A stretch of 64,000 nt of DNA. Origin: Escherichia coli. GTDB lineage: Bacteria; Pseudomonadota; Gammaproteobacteria; Enterobacterales; Enterobacteriaceae. This document shows positions 22,690 through 34,466 of the stretch, one piece after another; the stretch's first letter is position 1; each line of letters begins with the position of its first letter. A program made the position numbers and the translations under genes. The notes under the pieces were generated by a model. It had not been told where the DNA came from. It made no database searches and saw nothing but the letters and a program-made list of their open reading frames with translations. The stretch lies in assembly GCF_013315695.1 (NCBI RefSeq), contig NZ_CP054353.1; one strand, given 5' to 3'.

Positions 22690-22930
22690 TGGTTACCAGA
22701 ATCAGGGCAGTCTTAGGAGTGGCGGCATATAGCCAAAATAACGTGAGCGGGTCCATGCCCGACAGAATCGTTACTCTCTCCCATCCGGACTCTAACCGTC
22801 GGCCCCGGAATTACACCGGATCTGCTGTCCTTTGAGTTCGCACCCAAAGCGCTCGCGGGCTTTCAACTGAGTTGATTTACCGCCGGTGGGGAATTTCGCC
22901 CCGCCCTGAGAATAAGCGGATTCACTATAA
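22690..22930 (-). ncRNA. sroG: FMN riboswitch (RFN element) in the ribB leader
   Basis: minus-strand sequence AGGGCGGGGCGAAATTCCCCACCGGCGG ... GGATGGGAGAGAGTAACG matches RFN conserved blocks; bounds approximate. Confidence 0.7.
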
Positions 22931-23038
22931 CGCTAATGATTAGCGGCAGCAACGCATAGCTTCACATAATTCTGGTTTATGACTTACCCTTATCGCACTA
23001 CAATGGCACTCAACACCTATCAGTACAGGGAAACTACA

Positions 23039-23338
23039 ATGATTGACCCGAAAAAAATTGAGCAAATCGCTCGCCAGGTTCACGAATCAATGCCTAAAGG
23101 AATCAGGGAGTTCGGGGAAGATGTGGAGAAAAAAATCCGCCAAACCCTACAAGCGCAGCTGACACGTCTCGATCTGGTAAGCCGCGAAGAATTCGACGTT
23201 CAGACGCAAGTCCTGTTACGGACTCGTGAAAAACTGGCGTTACTGGAACAGCGCATCAGTGAACTGGAAGCGCGCAATAATTCGGTAGCAGATCTTCAAT
23301 CTCCTCCGGCTATCCCGCCTATTGATAAAGCAGAATAA
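23039..23338 (+). CDS. ubiK: ubiquinone biosynthesis accessory factor UbiK (YqiC)
   Basis: ORF 22979..23338; start placed at [13 protein letters not shown]. Confidence 0.8.
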   Translation: MIDPKKIEQIARQVHESMPKGIREFGEDVEKKIRQTLQAQLTRLDLVSREEFDVQTQVLLRTREKLALLEQRISELEARNNSVADLQSPPAIPPIDKAE

Positions 23339-23372
23339 AGCAACACAAAAACGGGCCAGACGGCCCGTAATA

Positions 23373-23573
23373 TCAGTGTTCTAATTCAAGTTCTCTGGTT
23401 TGCATCATTTGTTGGCAATACCAGGCATAACGTGCGCAAAACCAGGTTCTATGTTCTTCATCCATGTTACCAGTAACGGCCAGAATATCGACCGGGCGAC
23501 CTTCTGCGTGCATTCTGGCAAAACTACGCGCCAGGAAATCGAAATTATTTAAAGAATTAAGACTATGATCCAT
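23373..23573 (-). CDS. glgS: glycogen synthesis / surface composition regulator GlgS
   Basis: 66 aa from [10 protein letters not shown]. Confidence 0.85.
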
Positions 23574-23841
23574 AAGCACATCCTCCGGTTATCGCATACC
23601 TTTTAAGGCCATATGCTTTTTCTGATTTCAGTATTCACCAATCAGTGTAGTGCCTTTAAACATAACGTGCGTAAATATATTGTCCCCGATCACACTTTTT
23701 AGTGAAAAATAAAAAACCATATTAAAAGACTTTCTCTTCCAGAACTTCTCTAACATGTGTTATTATTAACAAAGATAAATGTAAGCAAGGAAACTATCAT
23801 AAAGTAAATATTGCGTCACTAAATGGACATTGGAGTGACAT

Positions 23842-24471
23842 ATGATTTTATTCGCCGACTATAACACCCCTTATCTTTTCGCTATTTCCTTTGTACTGTT
23901 GATCGGCCTTTTAGAAATTTTTGCGCTTATCTGCGGTCACATGCTCTCCGGTGCACTTGATGCACATCTTGACCATTATGATTCCATAACCACAGGTCAT
24001 ATTAGCCAGGCACTTCATTATCTCAATATCGGAAGATTGCCAGCTCTCGTCGTTCTTTGCTTACTGGCTGGTTTTTTTGGTCTTATTGGCATCCTGTTGC
24101 AGCATACCTGCATCATGGTCTGGCAATCACCACTCTCGAACCTGTTTGTGGTTCCTGTCAGTTTACTGTTTACGATTATTGCGGTGCATTATACCGGTAA
24201 AATAGTTGCGCCCTGGATTCCACGCGATCATAGCTCAGCTATTACAGAAGAAGAATATATTGGTAGCATGGCGTTAATTACCGGTCATCAAGCCACTTCA
24301 GGTAATCCCTACGAAGGAAAACTCACCGATCAATTTGGCCAAATACATTATTTACTACTGGAGCCTGAAGAAGGAAAAATTTTCACTAAAGGAGACAAAG
24401 TGTTAATTATTTGCCGACTTTCTGCAACTCGATATTTGGCGGAAAACAATCCCTGGCCCCAAATATTGTAA
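23842..24471 (+). CDS. yqiJ: NfeD-like inner membrane protein YqiJ
   Basis: 209 aa membrane ORF with C-terminal OB-like domain. Confidence 0.8.
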   Translation: MILFADYNTPYLFAISFVLLIGLLEIFALICGHMLSGALDAHLDHYDSITTGHISQALHYLNIGRLPALVVLCLLAGFFGLIGILLQHTCIMVWQSPLSNLFVVPVSLLFTIIAVHYTGKIVAPWIPRDHSSAITEEEYIGSMALITGHQATSGNPYEGKLTDQFGQIHYLLLEPEEGKIFTKGDKVLIICRLSATRYLAENNPWPQIL

Positions 24472-24497
24472 TTTATTAATCAAAAGGAAATTTAATA

Positions 24498-26159
24498 ATG
24501 GATGATATTGTTAATTCTGTGCCCTCCTGGATGTTTACCGCGATTATTGCCGTATGCATTCTGTTTATTATTGGAATTATTTTCGCCAGGCTCTATCGTC
24601 GCGCTTCGGCAGAGCAAGCTTTTGTTCGTACTGGTTTAGGTGGGCAAAAAGTGGTAATGAGCGGTGGCGCAATCGTGATGCCGATCTTTCATGAAATAAT
24701 CCCCATCAATATGAATACTCTGAAGCTGGAAGTCAGCCGCTCAACCATTGATAGCCTGATTACGAAAGATCGTATGCGCGTCGATGTCGTTGTCGCTTTC
24801 TTTGTGCGGGTAAAACCGTCAGTGGAAGGTATTGCCACCGCCGCCCAGACGCTGGGGCAACGCACCCTGTCGCCTGAAGACTTACGTATGTTGGTTGAAG
24901 ATAAATTTGTCGATGCCCTCCGTGCAACAGCTGCACAAATGACCATGCATGAGTTACAGGATACCCGCGAGAACTTCGTGCAGGGCGTACAAAATACCGT
25001 TGCTGAAGATCTGTCGAAAAACGGCCTGGAACTGGAAAGCGTTTCACTTACCAACTTTAACCAGACGTCGAAAGAACATTTCAATCCTAACAACGCCTTT
25101 GACGCCGAAGGTTTAACCAAGCTGACGCAGGAGACGGAGCGCCGTCGTCGCGAACGTAACGAAGTTGAACAGGATGTAGAAGTTGCGGTGCGTGAGAAAA
25201 ACCGTGATGCGCTTTCGCGGAAGCTGGAGATTGAACAGCAAGAAGCGTTTATGACGCTTGAGCAGGAGCAGCAGGTTAAAACCCGTACCGCTGAGCAGAA
25301 TGCGAAAATTGCGGCTTTTGAAGCTGAACGTCGTCGTGAAGCAGAGCAGACGCGAATTCTGGCTGAACGACAGATTCAGGAAACAGAAATCGACCGCGAA
25401 CAGGCCGTCCGCTCAAGAAAAGTTGAAGCTGAACGTGAAGTTCGCATTAAAGAGATCGAACAACAGCAGGTCACCGAAATCGCCAACCAGACGAAATCGA
25501 TCGCTATTGCCGCCAAATCGGAACAGCAGTCACAAGCGGAAGCGCGTGCCAACCTTGCACTTGCAGAAGCGGTAAGCGCCCAGCAAAACGTAGAAACCAC
25601 TCGCCAGACCGCAGAAGCCGATCGTGCTAAACAAGTTGCCCTAATCGCTGCCGCGCAGGATGCAGAAACCAAAGCGGTTGAACTGACCGTGCGGGCGAAA
25701 GCAGAGAAAGAAGCCGCAGAGATGCAGGCGGCGGCGATCGTTGAGTTAGCCGAAGCAACACGCAAAAAAGGCCTGGCGGAAGCAGAAGCGCAACGTGCGC
25801 TGAACGACGCTATCAACGTACTTTCTGACGAGCAAACCAGCCTTAAATTCAAACTGGCCTTGTTGCAGGCGCTACCTGCGGTAATTGAGAAATCCGTGGA
25901 ACCAATGAAGTCCATTGACGGTATCAAGATTATTCAGGTCGATGGATTAAACCGAGGTGGTGCTGCGGGGGATGCGGCATCAGGCAGCGTTAGTGGCGGA
26001 AACCTGGCAGAACAGGCATTGTCTGCCGCCCTTTCTTACCGCACACAGGCACCGCTGATTGACTCCTTGCTCAATGAAATTGGCGTTTCAGGCGGCTCAC
26101 TGGCGGCATTGACTTCCCCCTTAACCTCAACAACTCCCGTCGAAGAAAAAACAGAGTAA
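24498..26159 (+). CDS. yqiK: SPFH/band-7 flotillin-like protein YqiK
   Basis: 553 aa; N-terminal TM, SPFH domain, long A/E/Q/R-rich coiled coil. Confidence 0.85.
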   Translation: MDDIVNSVPSWMFTAIIAVCILFIIGIIFARLYRRASAEQAFVRTGLGGQKVVMSGGAIVMPIFHEIIPINMNTLKLEVSRSTIDSLITKDRMRVDVVVAFFVRVKPSVEGIATAAQTLGQRTLSPEDLRMLVEDKFVDALRATAAQMTMHELQDTRENFVQGVQNTVAEDLSKNGLELESVSLTNFNQTSKEHFNPNNAFDAEGLTKLTQETERRRRERNEVEQDVEVAVREKNRDALSRKLEIEQQEAFMTLEQEQQVKTRTAEQNAKIAAFEAERRREAEQTRILAERQIQETEIDREQAVRSRKVEAEREVRIKEIEQQQVTEIANQTKSIAIAAKSEQQSQAEARANLALAEAVSAQQNVETTRQTAEADRAKQVALIAAAQDAETKAVELTVRAKAEKEAAEMQAAAIVELAEATRKKGLAEAEAQRALNDAINVLSDEQTSLKFKLALLQALPAVIEKSVEPMKSIDGIKIIQVDGLNRGGAAGDAASGSVSGGNLAEQALSAALSYRTQAPLIDSLLNEIGVSGGSLAALTSPLTSTTPVEEKTE

Positions 26160-26319
26160 ACCCTCTTCTATGAATAATCCCTGGCCCAAAAAGCCGGGGA
26201 TTTTTTATATCTGCGTTCCGCTAAAAAGTACAAATGTTCAGGTTGTTACAGCGTTTTTCGAGCCGACTCGGGGAAGAGAAAACTGCATAAGAGAAAGCAT
26301 TGCGCGGGGTCTGGCGCTC

Positions 26320-26480
26320 ATCAACAATCGGGGAGTCAGCAAGGGGCTGAAACGGGAAAGCCCCTCCCGAGGAAGGGGCCTTATAGAAGGAAAGGGTTAT
26401 GATGAAGTTCGTCATCATACTGGTTGTGTTGTTACTGTTAAGTTTCCCGACTTACTAACAACTCATCAGAGGGGGGAGAA
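26320..26480 (-). ncRNA. Sib-type antisense RNA (antitoxin) overlapping the ibs ORF; bounds approximate
   Basis: inferred from the ibs ORF and flanking GC hairpins (ggggct...agcccc, cccctcc...ggaagggg); K-12 carries sib/ibs loci between yqiK and hldE. Confidence 0.45.
26399..26458 (+). CDS. Ibs-family type I toxin (19 aa hydrophobic peptide MMKFVIILVVLLLLSFPTY)
   Basis: tiny ORF with AAGGAAAGGG RBS; peptide nearly identical to E. coli Ibs toxins. Confidence 0.65.
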   Translation: MMKFVIILVVLLLLSFPTY

Positions 26481-26577
26481 ATCCTCCCTTACCCTTGTTC
26501 CTTTACTTTAGGTTGAAAAAACAACAGCGTCAATAGGTCTATCCGGCACAACGCGAGAACTGTGAAGCGCTTTCCGG

Positions 26578-28011
26578 TTAGCCTTTTTTATCCTGTTGGA
26601 TCTTCTTGATAATGTTAGTGGTCGAGCAACCGTCTTCAAAGTTGAGCACCAGCACTTCGCCACCATTGGCCCAGACTTCTTTACTCCCGGCAATCTCTTC
26701 TGGTTTATAATCGCCGCCTTTCACCAGCAGGTCTGGCAGGATCCCGGCGATCAAGCGCTGCGGCGTGTCTTCTTCAAACGACACCACCCAGTCGACCGCT
26801 TCCAGTGCGCCCAGCACAATCATACGCTGTTCGAGCGGGTTAACGGGGCGGGAATCCCCTTTCAGCCGTTTGGTGGAGGCATCGCTGTTGACGGCGACAA
26901 TCAAACGGTCACCCAGTTTACGGGCATTTGCCAGATAAGAGACGTGTCCGGCGTGCAGGATGTCAAAGACGCCATTGGTCATCACCACTTTTTCACCGCG
27001 TTTACGCGCTGCCGCTACAGCAAGCTTCAGTTCCTCTTCGGTCATCACGCCAAAGCCGGTATCTGCACGTCCACGTACTGCATTTTCCAGCTCGATCGGC
27101 GAAACCGTGGATGTCCCCAGTTTGCCGACCACCACACCAGCCGCCGCATTGGCAAAGAAGCAGGCTTCTTCCAGCGAATTACCCGCTGCCAGCGTTGCCG
27201 CCAGGACACCAATCACCGTGTCGCCCGCACCGGTAACGTCATACACTTCCTGCGCCTGGGTTGGCATATGCAGCGGCGCTTTACCCGGTTGCAGCAGCGA
27301 CATACCCTGTTCGGAACGGGTCACTAACAGAGCCGAGAGTTCGTAATCGGCAATCAGTTTCATGCCGCGCTCAACAATCTCTTCTTCGGTTTTACATTTA
27401 CCGACAACAGCTTCAAATTCCGAGAGATTCGGCGTTAACAGCGTAGCGCCGCGGTAGCGCTCAAAATCGGTACCTTTTGGATCAATCAGCACCGGAACAC
27501 CCGCTTTACGCGCCAGTTGGATCATCTGCTGTACGCTTGCCAGCGCACCTTTGGCGTAGTCAGAAAGCACCAGCGCGCCAATCGAACTCAGCGCCTGATT
27601 AATCCGTTCGTGCAGCGGCTGCGGATCAACACCTTCGAAACCTTCTTCAAAATCCAGACGAATCAGCTGTTGGTTGCGGGAAAGCACCCGTAATTTGGTG
27701 ATGGTCGGATGCGTCGGTACAGAAACGAAGTCGCATTTGACGTTGACGTCGGCCAGAGATTTACTCAGCGCGCGCGCCGCATCGTCAATGCCCGTTAACC
27801 CGACCAGGCGTGCATTAGCACCGAGAGAAGCGATATTCATCGCCACGTTAGCCGCGCCGCCCGGACGTTCTTCGATGGTATTTACTTTAACCACGGGCAC
27901 CGGCGCTTCCGGCGAGATACGGCTGGTGGGACCGTACCAGTAACGATCCAGCATCACATCACCAACCACCATCACTCCTGCACGTTCAAACTCTGGCAGC
28001 GTTACTTTCAT
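26578..28011 (-). CDS. hldE: bifunctional heptose 7-phosphate kinase / heptose 1-phosphate adenylyltransferase
   Basis: 477 aa ORF, sequence recognised. Confidence 0.95.
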
Positions 28012-28058
28012 TCCTGTCTCCTGAGAGATTCAAAATTTGCGCGCGATAATACCATACT

Positions 28059-30899
28059 TCATTCTTCCACCAGCCACTTCTGCCAGCTTGCCCGCACCAG
28101 ATCACGCTCTGCGGTGAAGCAATCCTCCGACACATGGCCCGGCAATTCCTGTAATGCCAGATGATGAAGTTCATCGCGCAGCGTAGTGTAAGCACGGGTC
28201 AGCACCATCGCTTCCTGCTCTTCCATAATGTCGTTTTGCGCCAGCAGCTCCAGAATACGCACGTTGTCTGACCAGCGCGTTAACTTCGGTTTTTCATGAG
28301 CGTAGCGCAACACCAGATATTGGGTAATAAATTCGATATCGGTAATTCCGCCTTCATCGGCTTTGATATCAAAGCGATCGCGATGTTTATTGCCGAGATG
28401 AGCGCGCATTTTCTCGCGCATTTCCCGCACTTCCGTTTGCAGGGTTTTGCCTTCGCGCGGCAGCGTCATAATCTCCCGGCGTACTGCGTCAAAGTGCGCG
28501 GTGAGCTGCGGATCGCCGTACACTACACGCGCACGCACCAGCGCCTGATGCTCCCACGTCCAGGCCTCGTTTTTCTGATAATCAGCAAATGCTTCTGCGG
28601 ATGTCACCAGCATTCCCGCCGCCCCGGACGGACGCAGTCGAGCATCCACTTCATACAAAATGCCGGAAGAGGTTCGCGTACTGAACAGATGCATAATGCG
28701 TTGCGCCAGACGCAGATAAAACTGTCGCCCGTCGATTTCCCGCTCGCCGTCAGTCATCGCATCCATTGGGCAATCATGGAGGAAGATAAGGTCAAGATCG
28801 GAACTGTAGCCTAACTCCCAGCCGCCCAGCTTGCCGTAGCCGACCACCGCAAAACCACGGCCTTCGCGATCGTTGAGGTGATTTGGCTTACCGTAGCGGG
28901 CCACCATTTGAACCCACGCCTGCTGAACAACGGCGTCAATCATGGCTTCCGCCAGCCAGGTTAAGTGATCGCTCACTTTCATTACCGGCAGCGTACCGGC
29001 GATATCCGCTGCCGCAATGCGTAACAGTTGCGCCTGTTTGAACTGACGCAGCGCCTCAAGCTGTTGTTCTTCGTCATCTTCCGGCACGCGCAGCAAATAC
29101 TGGCGCAACTCATCACGGTAAGCATCGGTCGCCGTCGGCTGGTAGAGAGTGTTTGGATCGAGCAGTTCATCCAGCAATAACGGATAACGCGCCAGCTGGC
29201 TGGCAATCATCGGCGATGCGGCACACAGAGAAATCAAATGCTTAAGCGCCGCAGGAAATTCACTAAGCAATTCTAAATAGGTGGTGCGGGTAACAATCCC
29301 CACCAGCAAGGCCGTAATGCGCGACAGCGTGACAGCAGCGTCTTCACGTGTACAGACATCTCTTAGCAGATGTGGCATCAGATGGTCGAGCACCTGACGT
29401 CCGCGTGGCCCGATTGTGCGCTTATCCAGCTCTTTGCGGAAATCGGCAATCAGCGTCAGCACCTGTTTGCGATCGTCCTCGCTAAGATGCGCCAGCACTG
29501 GTGTAGTGTCATCTTCCTGCAACGCGTCCTGCCACAGCTCACGCCACTGTTCCGACAGCGACTCTTCCTGAGTTTCACTTTCGTCGTCGCCAATCAATTC
29601 ATTAAACACCCGGCGCACATTGGTCATATGTCCGGTCAGCGCCCCAGTCAGTTGCTGCCAGTCAGCAAAGTCCATCGCCCACGCCAGCCGCGCACGGTTA
29701 AGCTCATCAGAAGTAAGCGTCTGGGTTTGTTCGTCGTTAATGCTTTGCAGCAGGTTTTCCAGACGCCGCAGGAACAGATACGCCACTCGCAATTGTTCAG
29801 CATCGTTTTCAGAAAGCAGATGCAGCTCGGCAATAGCGCTGAGCGTTGGTAGTAAAGAGCGCGATTGCAGCGACGGCTCGCGCCCGCCGCGAATAAGCTG
29901 GAATACCTGGACGATAAATTCAATTTCACGAATGCCACCCGCGCCAAGTTTGATGTTGTCGGTCAAACCGCGCCGACGCACTTCACGGGCAATCATCCCT
30001 TTCATGTTGCGCAGCGACTGAATCACGCTGAAATCGATGTAACGACGGAAAACAAACGGGCGCAGCATCGCACGCAACTCGTTAGCATAGACGCCTTCGC
30101 TATCGCCCATAATCCGCGCCTTGACCATCGCGTAACGCTCCCAGTCGCGCCCCTGCTCCTGGTAATAATCTTCCAGTGCCGCAAAGCTCAGCACCAGCGG
30201 GCCACTTTCGCCAAACGGACGCAGTCGCATATCCACGCGATAGACGAAGCCATCCTGCGTTGGTTGATCCAGCACTTTAATCAGCCGCTGCCCCATGCGG
30301 GTAAAAAACTGGGCGTTATCCAGTTCCCGGCGTCCGCCCTGCGTACAACCATGTTCCGGCCAGGCAAAAATCAGATCGATATCTGATGAGAAATTCAGCT
30401 CCCCACCGCCCAGCTTACCCATGCCTAAAATCAGCAGCGGTTGCGCTTCGCCCTGCGCATTGCACGGCGTTCCCCATTCGCGGCAGCAGGCGTCATACAG
30501 CCAGTCACGCGCCGCAACAATCAGCGTCTCCGCCAGATGGCTGAGCTGCTGCAAAATGCTCTCTTCAGTAACCAATGCCAGCGTTTGCGCCCAGGCGATG
30601 CGCACCATAATGCGCCGCCGGAATAGCCGCAGCTCGCGCATTAACCCGGCTTCGTCACTCACATTACTGAGCGCCTCCTGCCACCATGCAGAGTAATGCT
30701 GCCATTCGTCGGCCTGCGGCGGTTGGCTTTCCAGTTCCGTCAGCCACTCTGGATGCGCAATCACGCTGTCCTGCACAAAATCACTGAAAGTAAGTACCGA
30801 CTTCGCCTGTGCGCTAAGTGATTCGTCGGCTAAAGGCTCTGGCAGCCGCTCAACAACGGTCTGCCAGTACTGCTGTAACGGTGAAGAGAGCGGCTTCAT
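28059..30899 (-). CDS. glnE: glutamine synthetase adenylyltransferase/deadenylase
   Basis: ORF 28059..30992; start placed at [12 protein letters not shown] (946 aa). Confidence 0.95.
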   Translation of the reverse strand: MKPLSSPLQQYWQTVVERLPEPLADESLSAQAKSVLTFSDFVQDSVIAHPEWLTELESQPPQADEWQHYSAWWQEALSNVSDEAGLMRELRLFRRRIMVRIAWAQTLALVTEESILQQLSHLAETLIVAARDWLYDACCREWGTPCNAQGEAQPLLILGMGKLGGGELNFSSDIDLIFAWPEHGCTQGGRRELDNAQFFTRMGQRLIKVLDQPTQDGFVYRVDMRLRPFGESGPLVLSFAALEDYYQEQGRDWERYAMVKARIMGDSEGVYANELRAMLRPFVFRRYIDFSVIQSLRNMKGMIAREVRRRGLTDNIKLGAGGIREIEFIVQVFQLIRGGREPSLQSRSLLPTLSAIAELHLLSENDAEQLRVAYLFLRRLENLLQSINDEQTQTLTSDELNRARLAWAMDFADWQQLTGALTGHMTNVRRVFNELIGDDESETQEESLSEQWRELWQDALQEDDTTPVLAHLSEDDRKQVLTLIADFRKELDKRTIGPRGRQVLDHLMPHLLRDVCTREDAAVTLSRITALLVGIVTRTTYLELLSEFPAALKHLISLCAASPMIASQLARYPLLLDELLDPNTLYQPTATDAYRDELRQYLLRVPEDDEEQQLEALRQFKQAQLLRIAAADIAGTLPVMKVSDHLTWLAEAMIDAVVQQAWVQMVARYGKPNHLNDREGRGFAVVGYGKLGGWELGYSSDLDLIFLHDCPMDAMTDGEREIDGRQFYLRLAQRIMHLFSTRTSSGILYEVDARLRPSGAAGMLVTSAEAFADYQKNEAWTWEHQALVRARVVYGDPQLTAHFDAVRREIMTLPREGKTLQTEVREMREKMRAHLGNKHRDRFDIKADEGGITDIEFITQYLVLRYAHEKPKLTRWSDNVRILELLAQNDIMEEQEAMVLTRAYTTLRDELHHLALQELPGHVSEDCFTAERDLVRASWQKWLVEE

Positions 30900-30921
30900 A
30901 AGCGATTTTATCCTTGCCTGA

Positions 30922-32223
30922 TTAACGTTTTCCGCTGTGCAACCAGAACGGTTCCTGATTGTTTGCCTCATTACGGAAATGTTCAATTTCAATGCGTTGC
31001 CCGGTCACAATAGCGTGACGCAGCCCCTGCCAGTTCTCCAGCCAGGCTTGAGCCACGACAGGATCATAGTAACCCGCCAGCAACAGTATTGAGTCAATAT
31101 CACGCGTCAGACGTGGCAACTGGTCACGGTAGCGATCGCCTAACGGCTGGCAGAAAACGCTTTTCAGTTCAGCGGCATGGCGGGAAAGATGGATATCGGC
31201 AAAGCGTTTGAAGGAATCGCTCATTTTACTCTGCGCTTTGGCATCTAAAAACGGCTGCCAGGCTTTGCTTACCAGCCATTCGGTCAACGCCAGCTTCGCC
31301 ATTGCCGTTTCGGTAGAATAGACCGCCGTCACGGCAGAAACCGCTGAAGCGATGGTCGCTTCGCATTGGGTCAGCAAATCACGTAAGTGAGTGCTCGCTT
31401 TACGCGGCACAATGCCACCGAACAGCATCAGCGTATGACGGACCAGGCCAATGGCTGCCAGCACCTGCTCTTTCGCCGCATCGTTGCCGCGTACCCACAG
31501 CTCTTCATGATACTGCCATTGCGCTAACGCCAGCTCGAGCGCCGCTTCCAGCCCCTGCTCGACATCCGCTTTTGCCGCAACATGTAAAATGGTGGTCGGT
31601 TTGATTTCACGCGCCGGATTGCCCTGCGCCAGATGATAGCCACGCGCCGCTTTGCTCAGGCTGCCCTGGCGTAATCCGGTTTGCGATACCAGTTGGTTCG
31701 CCAGTTTCAGCACCGCGCGCGTGTCGCCGCTAAGCAGTTCCAGTTCCAGCTCGCAGATAGGTTCAGCAAATTCACCCGCTTTCACTTCCCCCTGGTCGAG
31801 GGCGATTTCAATTTGGCTACCATCAACCTCTACCAGCCACTTTTCGCGATAAAAATCGGTGCTAAACAGCGGCTGCACGCGGGAAGCGAGATCGGTAGGC
31901 AATTCGCCGTTCGGCCAGACTTCCGTCGGTAACTGCGCCAGGTCGAGCGTCGGTTCGCTCAACGCCACGTTATATTCCGGGCGCTGGTGTAAGCCGCCTG
32001 TCACTCTTCCTGCAACTTTCATGGTCATCTCATAGCGACCGTTTTCGCCACGAATACGCAAGCCCATGTCGTGCCCACGCAGCCAGTTATCCGGCGTTTC
32101 GTAGTAAATATTCAGCAACTGCACGGGGTCATGGTGCTCGCCGCCCAGCGTATTGAGATGGTCACGCAACGCCTCAACGGCACTGTGATTAACAATAAAC
32201 TTTAATTCGATTTCCTGAGCCAT
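30922..32223 (-). CDS. ygiF: inorganic triphosphatase (CYTH + CHAD domains) YgiF
   Basis: 433 aa ORF, sequence recognised. Confidence 0.85.
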   Translation of the reverse strand: MAQEIELKFIVNHSAVEALRDHLNTLGGEHHDPVQLLNIYYETPDNWLRGHDMGLRIRGENGRYEMTMKVAGRVTGGLHQRPEYNVALSEPTLDLAQLPTEVWPNGELPTDLASRVQPLFSTDFYREKWLVEVDGSQIEIALDQGEVKAGEFAEPICELELELLSGDTRAVLKLANQLVSQTGLRQGSLSKAARGYHLAQGNPAREIKPTTILHVAAKADVEQGLEAALELALAQWQYHEELWVRGNDAAKEQVLAAIGLVRHTLMLFGGIVPRKASTHLRDLLTQCEATIASAVSAVTAVYSTETAMAKLALTEWLVSKAWQPFLDAKAQSKMSDSFKRFADIHLSRHAAELKSVFCQPLGDRYRDQLPRLTRDIDSILLLAGYYDPVVAQAWLENWQGLRHAIVTGQRIEIEHFRNEANNQEPFWLHSGKR

Positions 32224-32464
32224 AGCCTTTACTTATCGGTTATGTCACATAAGTGACGATGAACGGCGAACTTAATGCGATCTTTTTTGTCAGTAGATAG
32301 TATTTTGCGCCAAATTGCCATGCAACGGGCAATTTGACGGGCGTAAAAGTTTGAAGCAGTGGCAAGACCTGACACAGAGGATTCCGATTGATGTCGAATG
32401 CTTTGCGTAGCGACACTGATGCCACTACTATCGTTCCACTTTCCATGACAATAACGACAGCCTG

Positions 32465-33085
32465 ATGCCAAAATTACGCCTGATCGGATTAACTTTACTC
32501 GCACTTAGCGCGACTGCCGTCTCACACGCTGAAGAAACGCGCTATGTTTCTGACGAACTGAATACCTGGGTCCGTAGCGGTCCGGGAGATCATTATCGCC
32601 TCGTAGGCACGGTTAACGCCGGCGAGGAAGTGACCTTATTACAAACTGACGCCAACACCAATTATGCCCAGGTGAAAGACAGCTCTGGCCGTACCGCCTG
32701 GATCCCGTTGAAACAACTTAGCACTGAGCCAAGCCTGCGCTCCCGTGTGCCAGATCTGGAAAATCAGGTCAAAACCCTGACCGATAAACTCACCAATATC
32801 GATAACACCTGGAATCAGCGCACCGCAGAAATGCAGCAAAAAGTGGCGCAGAGCGACAGCGTGATCAACGGGTTAAAAGAAGAAAATCAGAAACTGAAAA
32901 ACGAGCTGATTGTCGCGCAGAAAAAGGTCGATGCCGCCAGCGTACAGCTGGATGACAAACAGCGCACCATCATCATGCAATGGTTTATGTATGGCGGCGG
33001 CGTGCTGGGGCTTGGCTTGCTGCTCGGTCTGGTACTGCCGCACCTGATCCCAAGCCGCAAACGCAAAGATCGCTGGATGAACTAA
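32465..33085 (+). CDS. ygiM: SH3-domain membrane-anchored protein YgiM
   Basis: 206 aa; signal peptide, coiled coil, C-terminal TM. Confidence 0.85.
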   Translation: MPKLRLIGLTLLALSATAVSHAEETRYVSDELNTWVRSGPGDHYRLVGTVNAGEEVTLLQTDANTNYAQVKDSSGRTAWIPLKQLSTEPSLRSRVPDLENQVKTLTDKLTNIDNTWNQRTAEMQQKVAQSDSVINGLKEENQKLKNELIVAQKKVDAASVQLDDKQRTIIMQWFMYGGGVLGLGLLLGLVLPHLIPSRKRKDRWMN

Positions 33086-33148
33086 ATCGCCTTCTTCGTT
33101 GCACTGTCTTATTATTAGGAATTGTGTATTTGACGAAGGGATGATGGC

Positions 33149-34387
33149 GTGAAGATTTATCTGGTCGGTGGTGCTGTTCGGGATGCATTGTTAGGGCTAC
33201 CGGTCAAAGACAGAGATTGGGTGGTGGTCGGCAGTACGCCACAGGAGATGCTCGACGCGGGCTACCAGCAGGTAGGCCGCGATTTTCCTGTTTTTCTGCA
33301 TCCGCAAACGCATGAAGAGTATGCGCTGGCACGTACTGAACGGAAATCCGGTTCCGGTTACACCGGTTTTACCTGCTATGCCGCACCGGATGTCACGCTG
33401 GAAGATGATCTTAAGCGTCGCGATCTGACCATTAATGCGCTGGCCCAGGACGATAACGGCGAGATTATCGACCCGTACAACGGTCTGGGCGATCTGCAAA
33501 ATCGTCTGCTGCGCCATGTTTCCCCCGCTTTTGGCGAAGATCCGTTACGCGTACTGCGCGTGGCGCGTTTTGCTGCGCGTTATGCCCACCTCGGTTTTCG
33601 TATTGCCGATGAAACTCTGGCGCTGATGCGCGAGATGACCCATGCGGGTGAACTGGAACACCTGACGCCTGAACGGGTATGGAAAGAGACGGAAAACGCC
33701 CTCACCACCCGCAATCCCCAGGTGTTCTTCCAGGTACTGCGCGATTGCGGCGCACTGCGCGTTTTATTCCCGGAAATTGACGCCCTGTTTGGCGTTCCGG
33801 CCCCTGCCAGGTGGCATCCGGAAATCGACACCGGTATTCATACCTTAATGACGCTCTCAATGGCGGCGATGCTGAGTCCGCAGGTCGATGTCCGTTTCGC
33901 AACTTTATGCCACGATCTCGGTAAAGGACTGACGCCACCAGAACTTTGGCCGCGTCATCATGGTCATGGCCCGGCGGGTGTTAAGTTAGTGGAACAACTA
34001 TGCCAGCGTCTGCGCGTGCCAAATGAAATTCGCGATTTAGCCAGACTGGTGGCTGAGTTTCACGATCTCATCCACACCTTCCCAATGCTGAACCCAAAAA
34101 CCATCGTCAAATTGTTTGATTCCATCGACGCCTGGCGTAAACCGCAGCGTGTCGAGCAACTGGCGCTGACCAGCGAGGCTGACGTGCGCGGCAGAACCGG
34201 TTTTGAATCAGCGGACTACCCGCAAGGCCGCTGGTTGCGCGAAGCCTGGGAAGTGGCGCAGTCAGTGCCGACAAAAGCCGTCGTTGAAGCAGGATTTAAA
34301 GGTGTGGAGATTCGTGAGGAGCTGACCCGACGGCGGATTGCGGCGGTAGCCAGCTGGAAGGAACAACGTTGCCCAAAGCCTGATTAA
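33149..34387 (+). CDS. cca: tRNA CCA-adding nucleotidyltransferase
   Basis: 412 aa ORF, sequence recognised. Confidence 0.95.
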   Translation: MKIYLVGGAVRDALLGLPVKDRDWVVVGSTPQEMLDAGYQQVGRDFPVFLHPQTHEEYALARTERKSGSGYTGFTCYAAPDVTLEDDLKRRDLTINALAQDDNGEIIDPYNGLGDLQNRLLRHVSPAFGEDPLRVLRVARFAARYAHLGFRIADETLALMREMTHAGELEHLTPERVWKETENALTTRNPQVFFQVLRDCGALRVLFPEIDALFGVPAPARWHPEIDTGIHTLMTLSMAAMLSPQVDVRFATLCHDLGKGLTPPELWPRHHGHGPAGVKLVEQLCQRLRVPNEIRDLARLVAEFHDLIHTFPMLNPKTIVKLFDSIDAWRKPQRVEQLALTSEADVRGRTGFESADYPQGRWLREAWEVAQSVPTKAVVEAGFKGVEIREELTRRRIAAVASWKEQRCPKPD

Positions 34388-34422
34388 CTTTTTAAATTCA
34401 GTATATTGCAGAAATCCCTTAG

Positions 34423-34454
34423 GTCGGATAAGACGCACAAGCGTCATATCCGAC
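34423..34454. repeat. REP-like imperfect palindrome between convergent cca and uppP
   Basis: gtcggataagacgc...gcgtcatatccgac inverted repeat. Confidence 0.4.
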
Positions 34455-34466
34455 ACTATTCCTCAA

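Noticed and set aside
25376-25927. 183 aa antisense ORF and apparent repetitiveness inside the 3' half of yqiK
   Set aside because: Produced by the A/E/Q/R-rich coiled-coil coding sequence of yqiK; the repeats are protein-level periodicity, not a CRISPR or tandem DNA repeat array.
26596-27327. 243 aa plus-strand ORF overlapping hldE
   Set aside because: Antisense to the hldE frame, rich in Cys/His/Arg from GC-rich antisense codons; no independent support.
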